From positions 24,717 to 88,716 of the forward strand of contig DATBLR010000107.1 in the NCBI GenBank assembly GCA_036555275.1: 64,000 nucleotides of DNA, in the 5' to 3' direction. This DNA is from Gemmatimonadales bacterium. Its GTDB lineage: Bacteria; Gemmatimonadota; Gemmatimonadetes; Gemmatimonadales; GWC2-71-9. Shown piece after piece: positions 53,387 to 62,271 of this stretch. Within the stretch, counting starts at the first letter, position 1, and every line of letters begins with the position of its first letter. The position numbers and the translations under genes are program-made. The notes under the pieces were generated by a model that worked only from the letters and a program-made list of their open reading frames with translations, had not been told where the DNA came from and made no database searches.

Positions 53387-54715
53387 ATGCGCATCAGGCT
53401 GGTGGTAGCCGCTTTCCCCCTTGTCGTTGCCTGCGTCGGCTCGGCTGTGGCGCAGGACCGGCCGGCGCTAGTCTATCGACTGGACGTCCACGGGACCATC
53501 GAGAATGGTCTCGCTCCGTACATCGCCAGGACGGTCCGCGAGGCGAACCGCGCGAACGCCGCGGCGATCTATCTGGATCTCGATACGCCGGGCGGGCGGG
53601 TTGATGCTGCCGAGCGGATCGCCGATGCACTCCGCGCCTCGCGAGTCCCCGTCTATGCCTTCGTGAACCCTCGCGCCTACAGCGCCGGTGCCCTGATTGC
53701 CCTGGCCGCCAACGGGATCTACATGCGGTCGGGCGCGGTCCTGGGAGCTGCAACTCCCGTGGACGGCCAGGGCACCAAGGCGCCCGAGAAGTATGTGTCG
53801 GCGATGCGCGGTGAGTTCCGGGCGCTTGCCGAGGAGCGGGGTCTCGACCCGCGCATCGCCGAGGCCATGGTGGACGAGAAGCTGGGCGTGCCGGGCCTTG
53901 CCGAGCCCGGGCAGTTGGTGACACTCAGTACCGCTGAGGCACTCAAGGTCAAGTACGCCAGGGGGCAGGTGGAGAACGAGGCGGAGCTATTGCAGCAGCT
54001 CGGGTTGGCCGGGGCGACAGTCCACCAGGCGGAGATCAACTGGGCCGAGTTGGTGGTCCGGTTCCTGACCAATCCGATCGTCTCGCCGTTGCTGCTGTCG
54101 CTGGGTGTGCTGGCGCTGCTCACTGAGATCAAGGCCGGCGCCCACGGAATCGGACTCCTCATCGGCATGACCTCGCTCGGACTGTTTTTCGGATCGAGCC
54201 TGATCCTCGGGCTGGCCGGCCTGGAGGAAGTGATCCTGCTTGGCCTGGGGGTACTCGCGGTCGCGGTGGAGGTCTTCGTGCTCCCGGGCTTTGGAATCGC
54301 CGGCGTGCTGGGCGCGCTGTTGATCGGCGCGGCGATCGTCCTGGCCATGCTGGGGAACTTCCCCACGGGAGGCGACGTGATCCAGGCATTGGCGGTGCTT
54401 GGTGCCAGCGTGTTCATCACCCTGGCTGTCGCCTTCGCCTGGCTCCGCCACCTGCCCAACAGTCGGCGCTTCAGCGGACTGATTCACCAGGATTCGGTTC
54501 AGGCCGCCGAAGGCTACGTGTCCGCGCTGCCCCGCGCCGACCTGGTCGGGAAGCGCGGAGTCGCGACCACCGATCTCAGGCCTTCCGGCATGGCAAGAAT
54601 CGATGGCGAGAAGATCGACGTAGTGACCGACGGGGAGTATCTCCCGCTCGGCGCTCAGGTAGAGGTGGTGCGTGCCGAAGGCTACCGGCACGTGGTCCGC
54701 TCGGCAAACACCTAA
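53387..54715 (+). CDS. NfeD-family membrane-bound ClpP-class serine protease
   Basis: ATG 53387 preceded by GAAGGAG. Signal peptide, ClpP-like domain ([13 protein letters not shown]), TM block, and C-terminal OB-like NfeD domain. Confidence 0.82.
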   Translation: MRIRLVVAAFPLVVACVGSAVAQDRPALVYRLDVHGTIENGLAPYIARTVREANRANAAAIYLDLDTPGGRVDAAERIADALRASRVPVYAFVNPRAYSAGALIALAANGIYMRSGAVLGAATPVDGQGTKAPEKYVSAMRGEFRALAEERGLDPRIAEAMVDEKLGVPGLAEPGQLVTLSTAEALKVKYARGQVENEAELLQQLGLAGATVHQAEINWAELVVRFLTNPIVSPLLLSLGVLALLTEIKAGAHGIGLLIGMTSLGLFFGSSLILGLAGLEEVILLGLGVLAVAVEVFVLPGFGIAGVLGALLIGAAIVLAMLGNFPTGGDVIQALAVLGASVFITLAVAFAWLRHLPNSRRFSGLIHQDSVQAAEGYVSALPRADLVGKRGVATTDLRPSGMARIDGEKIDVVTDGEYLPLGAQVEVVRAEGYRHVVRSANT

Positions 54716-54729
54716 CGGGGAGTCCCAAC

Positions 54730-55734
54730 GTGGACGAGATCGGCTCACTGGCGCCGGGGCTGGTAGTGGCGCTGTTCTTCATCGCCTTCATCGTTCTTGT
54801 CATCTTCTTCCGGTTCATCCCGCTCGGGCTGTGGATCCAGGCCTGGACCTCGGGCGTGCGGGTGTCGTTTCTGACCCTGTTCGGAATGCGCTTCCGGAAG
54901 GTGAACCCCAGCGGCATCGTCCTGCCTCTCATCAACGCCCACAAAGCGGGACTGGATCAGGTGGGGCTCCGGGAGCTCGAGTCCCACTATCTCTCCGGCG
55001 GCAACGTGAGCCGGGTGGTCAACGCGCTGATCTCGGCCGACAAGGCCGGTATCCCGCTTCCGTTCAAGCAGGCCGCCGCTATCGACCTGGCCGGCCGCGA
55101 CGTCTTTGAAGCGGTCCAAGTCAGCGTCAATCCCAAGGTGATTACGACACCCAAGGTCGCCGCCATGGCCAAGAACGGCATTCAGCTCCTGGCGATCGCC
55201 CGGGTGACGGTTCGAGCCAATATCAACCGACTCGTGGGGGGGGCGGGGGAGGAGACGATCCTCGCCCGCGTGGGCGAAGGCATCGTCACGGCGATCGGCT
55301 CGGCGGAGACCCACAAACAGGTCCTGGAGAACCCCGACATGATCTCCAAGACGGTGCTCGCCAAGGGGCTCGATGCCGGGACCGCCTTCGAGATTCTGTC
55401 GATCGACATCGCCGACGTGGACGTGGGCAAGAACATCGGTGCGGAACTGCAGACCGATCAGGCCGAAGCCGACAAGCGGATCGCCCAGGCCAAGGCCGAG
55501 GAGCGGCGGGCACTGGCGGTGGCGATGGAGCAGGAATACAAGGCGGAGGCGCAGAAGCAGCGGGCCGCGGTGATCTCGGCCGAGGCGCAGATCCCGCTCG
55601 CGATGGCCGACGCTTTCCGGAAGGGAAACATTGGCGTGATGGACTTCCAGCGCTACAAAAACATCCAGGCAGATACGACAATGCGCCAGGCGATCGCCGG
55701 CCAGTCCGATACCTCGACGAGCGGGACCGGGTAA
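54730..55734 (+). CDS. floA: Flotillin-like protein FloA (SPFH family, YqfA-type)
   Basis: 334 aa. The [18 protein letters not shown]...[10 protein letters not shown]-terminus is characteristic of FloA. nfeD-floA pairing. Confidence 0.88.
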   Translation: MDEIGSLAPGLVVALFFIAFIVLVIFFRFIPLGLWIQAWTSGVRVSFLTLFGMRFRKVNPSGIVLPLINAHKAGLDQVGLRELESHYLSGGNVSRVVNALISADKAGIPLPFKQAAAIDLAGRDVFEAVQVSVNPKVITTPKVAAMAKNGIQLLAIARVTVRANINRLVGGAGEETILARVGEGIVTAIGSAETHKQVLENPDMISKTVLAKGLDAGTAFEILSIDIADVDVGKNIGAELQTDQAEADKRIAQAKAEERRALAVAMEQEYKAEAQKQRAAVISAEAQIPLAMADAFRKGNIGVMDFQRYKNIQADTTMRQAIAGQSDTSTSGTG

Positions 55735-56430
55735 GTGACGGGCTTTCGCGAAGCGGCGGGGTTCGAAGGCCTCATCGTCCTCGCCATCGTTTATTTCATC
55801 CTGAGCCGGCTGCAGCAGGCAGGGAAGCGTGCGGCTCAGGCGCGCCAACAGAGTCAGCGTCCGCCGCTCGAGGCTCCCCCCGGTGGGACGCCGACCCAGC
55901 AGGAGGGCCTCTCGCTCGAGAGCATTCTGAGGGAGATCGAGCGGGTCAAACAGCAGCGGGAGCAGCCTCCTCGTCCTGCGCCGCTTCCCCGCCGAACCCT
56001 GCCGCAGCCAACACCCTCTCGGCGACTGCCGGCAGCGCGGAAACCGGAGGTGGTTCAGGACGAGCGGGGCCCGATGGGGCGCATGGCTCGGGCACAACTC
56101 GAATCAGCCGAGGACTTCGAGGAGCGGACATCGCTCGAAGAGACAGGGGCCGTGGCAAGGCCCCGCCGCCCGCAGCTGGAGGATGAGGTGGTGCGGGGCG
56201 GACGGGTGATAGTGGATCAGGATGCCGAGGCCGAAGGGGTGGTCGAGAGCCGCATCAGGGCCGCGGAGGCGCGCAACCGGCCGCACGCCGGGCGAGATCA
56301 CGCAGAGTTTGACCAGAAGATCCGTGAGGCGGCGGCGCCAGCCCAGCCGGCCGCTCGCTACGACACCACCCGCCTGCGCGACGCCTTTGTGTGGCGGGAG
56401 ATTCTGGGGCCGCCGAAGGCTTTGGAATAA
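55735..56430 (+). CDS. Hypothetical membrane-anchored Pro/Arg/Gln-rich protein, third gene of the nfeD-floA unit
   Basis: GTG start on the nucleotide after the floA stop. One TM helix (LIVLAIVYFILS), remainder low complexity. Confidence 0.45.
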   Translation: MTGFREAAGFEGLIVLAIVYFILSRLQQAGKRAAQARQQSQRPPLEAPPGGTPTQQEGLSLESILREIERVKQQREQPPRPAPLPRRTLPQPTPSRRLPAARKPEVVQDERGPMGRMARAQLESAEDFEERTSLEETGAVARPRRPQLEDEVVRGGRVIVDQDAEAEGVVESRIRAAEARNRPHAGRDHAEFDQKIREAAAPAQPAARYDTTRLRDAFVWREILGPPKALE

Positions 56431-56470
56431 GCCGCGGGAGGAGCCGCATGCATGCGGCCCCTCCCGCGGC
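56431..56470. terminator. 40-bp GCATGC-centred palindrome exactly filling the gap between convergent genes (bidirectional terminator candidate)
   Basis: gccgcgggaggagccgcatg|catgcggcccctcccgcggc, one mismatch. Shares the core GCCGCATGCATGCGGCCCCT with 1955-1990. Confidence 0.7.
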
Positions 56471-57046
56471 TTAGCGTCGAGGCTTCGTCTTACCCCCAAA
56501 CTTTTTCTTGTACAGCCCCATCGCATGGCTGATGGCCTCGCGGGCCTCCGCCGCGCCTTCGAAGCCCCTGGTCCGCGTCGCCACTCCCTCCAGGTCCTTG
56601 TAGACCTGAAAGAAGTGCTCGATCTCCTTCAAGGAGTGTTGGGGGATGTCGTCCAGCCCGTTGATGCCTTCGGAATAGGGGTCACTCACTGGAACGGCGA
56701 GCACCTTCTCGTCCGCCTTGCCGCGATCGATGAGGTGGAAGAGCCCGATGGGGCGGCACTCTACCAGGCAGCCCACGAATACCGGAATGGTCGTGATGAC
56801 CAGAATATCCAGCGGGTCCCCGTCATCACCCAGGGTGCGGGGGAGAAAGCCGTAGTCGCCAGGGTAGTGAACCGCGCTGTGGAGCACGCGGTCCAGTCGG
56901 AAGATCCCGAGCTCCTTGTCGAGCTCGTACTTGTTGCGCTCGTTGGTGGGAATCTCGATGATGGCGTTGACGACGGCGGGCGGCTTGGTGCCGGTAGGCA
57001 GGTCGTGCCAGGGGTGCAGCCCGCGGAGGGTGACGGGTCTGGGCAT
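56471..57046 (-). CDS. ppa: Inorganic pyrophosphatase (family I)
   Basis: 191 aa. NAIIEIPTNERNKYELD, YPGDYGFLPRT and DGDPLDILV blocks. Confidence 0.93.
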   Translation of the reverse strand: MPRPVTLRGLHPWHDLPTGTKPPAVVNAIIEIPTNERNKYELDKELGIFRLDRVLHSAVHYPGDYGFLPRTLGDDGDPLDILVITTIPVFVGCLVECRPIGLFHLIDRGKADEKVLAVPVSDPYSEGINGLDDIPQHSLKEIEHFFQVYKDLEGVATRTRGFEGAAEAREAISHAMGLYKKKFGGKTKPRR

Positions 57047-57077
57047 GGCAGGGAAGCTAGCAGGGAACGGCGCTTCC

Positions 57078-57106
57078 TTGCATATCCGGCTTCGCGCGAT
57101 GATACT
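57078..57106 (+). promoter_or_regulatory. Promoter candidate TTGCAT-N17-GATACT for tRNA-Leu
   Basis: The -10 ends 10 nt before the mature tRNA 5' end. Confidence 0.45.
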
Positions 57107-57116
57107 CCCCGCGCTC

Positions 57117-57199
57117 GCCCGAGTGGCGGAATGGCAGACGCAGCGGACTCAAAATCCGCCGGGGGCAACCCCGTGCGAGTTCGACTCTCGCCTCGGGCA
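57117..57199 (+). tRNA. tRNA-Leu (anticodon CAA), type II with long variable arm; CCA not encoded
   Basis: Hand-folded. Acceptor gcccgag/ctcgggc, D stem gcg/cgc, anticodon stem gcgga/tccgc with loop ctCAAaa, variable stem gggg-caa-cccc, T arm gcgag-ttcgact-ctcgc, discriminator A. Confidence 0.92.
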
Positions 57200-57558
57200 T
57201 TTCACATCAATACAACAAGTTGCGCGTACGTCGGGACTCGAAGGAAGGCGCGGTGCCGGCACTATCCGTCCCTCGACTCCGGGACCTCCTATCGGATCCT
57301 GCACGATGAAGGGCCGAGCGGCTTCTGGATCGAGGGGTGCGGCGTCGGCGACTCCTCCCTGACCCCTGATTCGTGGTTCGTCTTCGCACACTTCTTTGAC
57401 GTGACCGACGGCTGAGGCCACTCTACTGCGAGGGCCACTTGTCGGATCATCCATGAGAGCAGCGTCGCAAAGATGACCACCCTAGCGCGCTGTGGTACCG
57501 GGCCCCATCTACTGGGCGATTCTCAGTTGCCATGGATCAGGCTACGAAAGGAGCAGCG

Positions 57559-58056
57559 ATGAACGTGGTCAGAACTGCGGGCCTCTTTGCGACGGCTCTT
57601 TACGTGCTAACCGCTTGTGCGCCCCAAGCGCCGGATACCGCTGCCGACGTGGCCACCCTCAAGGCGGAGGCACCGGTTTGGTTCAAGCTCTATAACGCGG
57701 GTGACGCCGCCGGCGTCGCCGCGTTGTACGCGGAAGACGGAGTGGTGCTGGCCCCGGGTACGCCGGCGGTCGTGGGTCGCGCGGCGATACGGGATTTCAT
57801 TGCGTCGGACATCGCGGCATCGAAGGCTGCGGGACTCACCAACACGGGTGGCGACGTAACCGACGTTGGCGTCGCGGGCGACATGGCATGGATCACCGGG
57901 ACCTTCGTCGTCACGGCCGCGTCGGGGGCCACGGTCGACAAGGGCAAGTACGTGACGATCTATCGCCGGGCCAATGGGAAGTGGCTGATCATCCGCGACA
58001 CATGGAACTCGGACATGCCGCCTGCCGCGCCGTCGGCCTCGGCACCGCGCACCTGA
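57559..58056 (+). CDS. SnoaL-like/DUF4440 (NTF2-fold) lipoprotein
   Basis: ATG 57559 preceded by AAAGGAG. Lipobox LTAC. Blocks YNAGDAAGVAALYAEDGVVLAPG...GKWLIIRDTWN. Confidence 0.7.
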   Translation: MNVVRTAGLFATALYVLTACAPQAPDTAADVATLKAEAPVWFKLYNAGDAAGVAALYAEDGVVLAPGTPAVVGRAAIRDFIASDIAASKAAGLTNTGGDVTDVGVAGDMAWITGTFVVTAASGATVDKGKYVTIYRRANGKWLIIRDTWNSDMPPAAPSASAPRT

Positions 58057-58167
58057 TGCCCAAGGATCTGCTCGCGGTAATTGAAGAGCCGCCGGCCCCT
58101 CCGACTGTGCAGAGCGGCTGAGCGAATTCCTTTCGCGTGACAGAGTTCACCCAGAGGGCCCGACTGC

Positions 58168-59706
58168 CTACCCCGGATTCTTCTCGCGCGCCGCCAGCGC
58201 CAGCAGGTCCACCTGTGTTCCCGCCTCGCTCAGCAGGCGCCGGGCACGTTCGAGCTGCAGGTCTCGCCTGGCATCGGAGAGAAAACGCGCGGAATCCGAT
58301 AACACGAAGAGCCCCGCTCGCGCGGCGATCAACCGGTCCAGGTAGTCCGACCCCGCGGCGACCAGCGAATCGGGAATCTGGATTCCGGCGTTCCGCAACC
58401 GTCGCACCAGTTCCACGCGCCAGGCCTCCTGAGATTGAAGCCCTGCGGCCACTTCGGACTCCAGTTCGACTCCGAGACTATCAAGGATGGCAGTGGCGAG
58501 GGCAGCGCGGCTGCCCAAGAGAGTGGCCAGCGCCTGAGGCGCGGGGGCGGCCGGGGTGGCCTCGACCGCAATGTCGGGTACAATCCCGCCGCCACCGTAC
58601 ACGACCCGACCGCTCCGGGAGTGGAAGACTGGCCTGGCCCGGTCACCTTCACTGTCGCTCCGAGTTCGCTGAATCAGTCGGCCGCTCGGCGTGTACCAAT
58701 GGCCGCTGGTGATCCGGAGCCGCCAGTTTCCGGGCAGCCGGTAGACGCCCTGTACCAGTCCCTTGCCATACGACACGGTGCCGACCACCAACGCCCGATC
58801 GCAATCCTGGAGGGAGCCGGCCACGATCTCCGCCGCGGAGGCGGACAGTGAATCCTGCAGGACGACCATGGGAAGACCTGGCGGCAGCACCGGCAGTATG
58901 CTGGTTCGCATGGTGTCCACGGTCCGCCGGTAGCGCACCCGCGCGACCGTCTGTCCGGGCTGCAGGAAAAGGCTTGCGACCGCAACGGCCTGATCGAGAT
59001 CACCTCCCAGATTGCCACGGAGGTCGAGCAGCAGTCCCCGGGCACCGGCGTTGACAAGTCGTCGCACCGATTCGGCCACTTCCAGGGCCGAGTGGTCGCT
59101 GAAGCGCTCCAGCGGCAGGTAGCCAATGCCACCGGCCAGCAGGGTGGCAAACGGGACCGTCGGAGGGCTGATGACCCTGCGGCCGAGACTGTACTCGCGC
59201 CGCTCCCGACCCGGCCCCCGCTCCAGGACAACCCGCACCGTGGTTCCGGGCGTTCCAGTCAGGGCCCGGGATGCCCGGTCGACGCTCCAACCGGCGGTCA
59301 CGCTGTCGTTCACCGCCGCGATCAGGTCGCCGGGGCGGATGCCGGCGATCTCCGCGGCGCCGCCGGGAATGTTCCGCAATACCGCCAGGGCTCCGCGGTG
59401 CTGGATGATCACGACCCCGATGCCGCCATACCGGTTGGCCAGGACCGTTCGACTGTAGCGCTCGAACGCGGCAGAGTCCTGGAGGTCGGCGTAGGGATCG
59501 CCCAGTCGCGCTACCAAGCCCCGCGCCGCCCGTTCGTAGATCTGGTCGGCGTCGAGGCTGTCGACCGCCTCCCGGGCGACGAGATCCGTCACGGAGTTGA
59601 ACAGGCGATAGCCGTCGCCTGGAGTCGCTCTGCCGGCGAGGAATGCGCCGAGGACGATCGGCACGATCAGCAGGGCGCCGATCGACCGGCGGGCGGGCTG
59701 TCCCAT
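58168..59706 (-). CDS. S41 C-terminal processing peptidase (PDZ-containing)
   Basis: 512 aa. PDZ segment GIRPGDLIAAVN, GGIGYLPLERF, and the Ser block SLSASAAEIVAGSLQD. Confidence 0.85.
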   Translation of the reverse strand: MGQPARRSIGALLIVPIVLGAFLAGRATPGDGYRLFNSVTDLVAREAVDSLDADQIYERAARGLVARLGDPYADLQDSAAFERYSRTVLANRYGGIGVVIIQHRGALAVLRNIPGGAAEIAGIRPGDLIAAVNDSVTAGWSVDRASRALTGTPGTTVRVVLERGPGRERREYSLGRRVISPPTVPFATLLAGGIGYLPLERFSDHSALEVAESVRRLVNAGARGLLLDLRGNLGGDLDQAVAVASLFLQPGQTVARVRYRRTVDTMRTSILPVLPPGLPMVVLQDSLSASAAEIVAGSLQDCDRALVVGTVSYGKGLVQGVYRLPGNWRLRITSGHWYTPSGRLIQRTRSDSEGDRARPVFHSRSGRVVYGGGGIVPDIAVEATPAAPAPQALATLLGSRAALATAILDSLGVELESEVAAGLQSQEAWRVELVRRLRNAGIQIPDSLVAAGSDYLDRLIAARAGLFVLSDSARFLSDARRDLQLERARRLLSEAGTQVDLLALAAREKNPG

Positions 59707-59801
59707 GAGGCCTCCGGAATGCAGGGTTGGTGGATCTCCCTACGGACGTGGTCCGGCTCAGGCTACAACCGGGGCGCCGAGGCCCCTAACTTCCTTACCC
59801 C

Positions 59802-60830
59802 ATGGCAATGCTCGACACTGGCCGCCAGCGGGCCACCCTGCTCATCCTGCTGCTGGGGACTGGCCTAGTCCTGGCACTGGCGCCCTATGCATCGGGGCTG
59901 ATCGGCGGGCTGGTCCTGTACGTGATCTTCGTGCCGGTCCACATCCGGCTCACCCGGCGCCTCTCTCCCAGCGTGGCGGCCGGGCTCATGGTGGGGCTCG
60001 CTCTGGTCCTGCTGGTTGGGCCGGTGGTGTCCTTTGCCGGCCTGCTTCTCGATCAGGCGCAGTCCATCGCGACCGGGGTGATGCGCGGCCCCCTGCTGGA
60101 GCGGCTGGCCCAGTTGGAAATCGGCGGGATGGCGGTCGGCCCGAAACTGGCCGTGTTGGGGGAACGGATCGTAGGCTGGCTTGGCTCGAGTGCCTTTGGC
60201 CTGCTGGGCCACGCCACCCGGATCGGACTCAACCTCACGATCTCTCTGTTCGTTCTCTACTATCTGCTGCTGCGGCCGGCGACGACCTGGGAGGCCGTCA
60301 AGCCGTACATCCCATTCTCCCCCGCCAGCGCAGAACTGTTGCGCGAGCGGTTTCGGGACGTCACCGTCTCCACCATAATCGGTACCGGACTCATTGCGGT
60401 GATTCAGGGACTCTTCGTCGCGGCGGGGTTTTGGCTCACGGGTCTCTCCAACGCGCTCTTCTGGGGCGTGGTGACGATGGTGTTCGCCATCCTCCCGGTC
60501 GTAGGATCCGGGCTGGTGTGGGGGCCCGGAGTGCTGACCTTGCTGTTCAGCGGCCGCTATGGTGCCGCGATCGGCCTGGCTCTCCTCGGCATCATCCTCG
60601 TGGGCAATGTGGACGTCATCATCAGGCCCGCCGTCTTCCGTCGCTTCGCGCAGGTGCATCCCCTGGTCACATTGGTGGGTGCGATCGGCGGGGTCGGATA
60701 CTTCGGGCTGCTGGGGATCCTCATCGGGCCGCTCGCCGTTTCGTACTTCTTTGAGCTGATTCGGATGTTCCGGGAGGAATATCTCAGTCCGGTCCAACAG
60801 GCCTCGTCGGTGGCAGACGCGGCGTCCTGA
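59802..60830 (+). CDS. AI-2E family transporter (PerM/UPF0118)
   Basis: 342 aa with about 8 TM helices and a C-terminal GLLGILIGPL block. Confidence 0.78.
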   Translation: MAMLDTGRQRATLLILLLGTGLVLALAPYASGLIGGLVLYVIFVPVHIRLTRRLSPSVAAGLMVGLALVLLVGPVVSFAGLLLDQAQSIATGVMRGPLLERLAQLEIGGMAVGPKLAVLGERIVGWLGSSAFGLLGHATRIGLNLTISLFVLYYLLLRPATTWEAVKPYIPFSPASAELLRERFRDVTVSTIIGTGLIAVIQGLFVAAGFWLTGLSNALFWGVVTMVFAILPVVGSGLVWGPGVLTLLFSGRYGAAIGLALLGIILVGNVDVIIRPAVFRRFAQVHPLVTLVGAIGGVGYFGLLGILIGPLAVSYFFELIRMFREEYLSPVQQASSVADAAS

Positions 60831-61126
60831 TCGCGGCGTCGGCCCGGCGCGGCCCCCGTTGGCTGCAGTACGGTCTCGCGCACCAGGGACCGCAATGCCT
60901 CACGTCGGCGCAGGCGGCGGGGCGAATGCTTGGGAAGGAAGGTGGCATCGGTTTCCGGTGCAGGGGTCGGAGGAAGTTACTCGGGTGTCCCCTGAGATTC
61001 CTCGTCCGCGTTGAGGAGCCCGGCGCCCAGCCAGGCGACCGTGTCCACGTGGGGCCCGGAAACGCCCCGCTCTTCCCGCGCTGAGCGGAGGGGACTAACG
61101 TTCGGCCCACCCTCAACCCCTCCTCA

Positions 61127-62266
61127 ATGAGCGACGGAACCGCTCCCCCGGCCATTCGCGGTCTCGACAACGTCATTGCCCTTCAGTCCTCGGTGTGTCG
61201 GCTCTCCGCCGACGACGGGGGCCTCTCCTACCGTGGCTACGACGTCCGGGAGCTCGGCGAGCGGTCGAGCTACGAAGAAACGGCATTCCTCCTGATTCAC
61301 GGGCACCTGCCGGGAAGCGCCGAGCTCAGGCAGTTCACCGGCGAGCTCAGGGCGGCGCAGAAGCTCAGTCCCCTGATAGTACGCACCATGAAAGGGCTGC
61401 CGCCCGGGGCTGATGCCATGGCCGGACTTCGGGCAGCTCTGGCGGTCCTGGCGATCGAACATCCCGTCAGTGTGCCTCCGTCGCGAGCGGACGCGCTGGT
61501 GCAGGGCACGCGGCTCGTGGCCGTTACCCCGACCATCGTAGCGGCGTGGCATCGGCTCCGCTCCGGCCAGCGGCCCGTGCTGCCCAGAAAGAGCCTGAGC
61601 TTCGCCGCCAATTTCCTGGCTATGACCACGGGAGACCTGCCGCCGCCGGAGTCGGTGCACGCCTTCGACGTCGCCCTGGTTCTCCGGGCCGACAATGAGT
61701 TGAATCCGTCCACGTTTGCCGCCCGCGTCACCGCGGCCACCGGGGCCGACGTCTTCGGTGGTGTGATCGCCGGATGCTCCGCCCTGGCCGGGCCCCGGCA
61801 TGGCTGGCACACTCGCACCGTGATGGCGACGCTGGAGGAGATAGGGTCACCGGAGCGGGTGCCTGACTGGGTTCAGGGACGCCTGGCCGGGCGGAAACCA
61901 ATTGCTGGGTTTGGCCACGTGGTGTATCGCGGCGAGGATCCGCGCACCGAACTGCTCCGGTCCCTCGCGGAGGCCGAGTGCCAGCGCGCCGGGCTAGGGC
62001 CGATGTTCCGCACCGCGCGCGAACTGGAAGTCACCGTGGTGCGTGAAACCGGACAGCACCCGATCGTGGACTTCTATCTGGCGCCGCTTTATCGGGCCCT
62101 CGGGTTTCCGACCGATCTGTTCACTGCGGTCTTTGCGGTGAGCCGGATGTGCGGCTGGGTGGCGCACATTCTGGAGCAGTACACCGACGAGAAGCTGCTT
62201 CGCCCAAGGGCCGAGTATATTGGTCCCGTCGATCTCGCGTACCGGTCCATCCGAAAGCGTCGCTGA
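61127..62266 (+). CDS. Citrate synthase family protein (citrate or 2-methylcitrate synthase, short type)
   Basis: 379 aa. GLSYRGYDVREL, GPRHGW (for GPLHGG), GFGHVVYRGEDPR and VSRMCGWVAHILEQ blocks. Confidence 0.82.
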   Translation: MSDGTAPPAIRGLDNVIALQSSVCRLSADDGGLSYRGYDVRELGERSSYEETAFLLIHGHLPGSAELRQFTGELRAAQKLSPLIVRTMKGLPPGADAMAGLRAALAVLAIEHPVSVPPSRADALVQGTRLVAVTPTIVAAWHRLRSGQRPVLPRKSLSFAANFLAMTTGDLPPPESVHAFDVALVLRADNELNPSTFAARVTAATGADVFGGVIAGCSALAGPRHGWHTRTVMATLEEIGSPERVPDWVQGRLAGRKPIAGFGHVVYRGEDPRTELLRSLAEAECQRAGLGPMFRTARELEVTVVRETGQHPIVDFYLAPLYRALGFPTDLFTAVFAVSRMCGWVAHILEQYTDEKLLRPRAEYIGPVDLAYRSIRKRR

Positions 62267-62271
62267 TCACC

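Noticed and set aside
56222-57415. 397-aa + strand ORF spanning the ppa antisense strand and the tRNA-Leu gene.
   Set aside because: It runs through a hand-folded canonical tRNA and is antisense to an unmistakable pyrophosphatase gene. It has no motifs.
57200-57558. About 360-bp non-coding stretch 3' of tRNA-Leu, as a remnant of an integrated element (att scar or integrase pseudogene).
   Set aside because: Six-frame reading shows no integrase-like segment. The only similarity to the tRNA 3' end is a 7-nt tcgactc at about 57274. There is no compositional shift and no mobile genes in the flank.
60831-61126. Possible small gene in the 296-bp gap before the citrate-synthase-like gene, for example the minus-strand 130-aa ORF 60784-61176 or a short frame ending at 60977.
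   Set aside because: The translations are Arg/Pro-rich or lack a start codon (the frame ending ...HVDTVAWLGAGLLNADEESQGTPE has an upstream in-frame stop). No RBS and no motifs are present.
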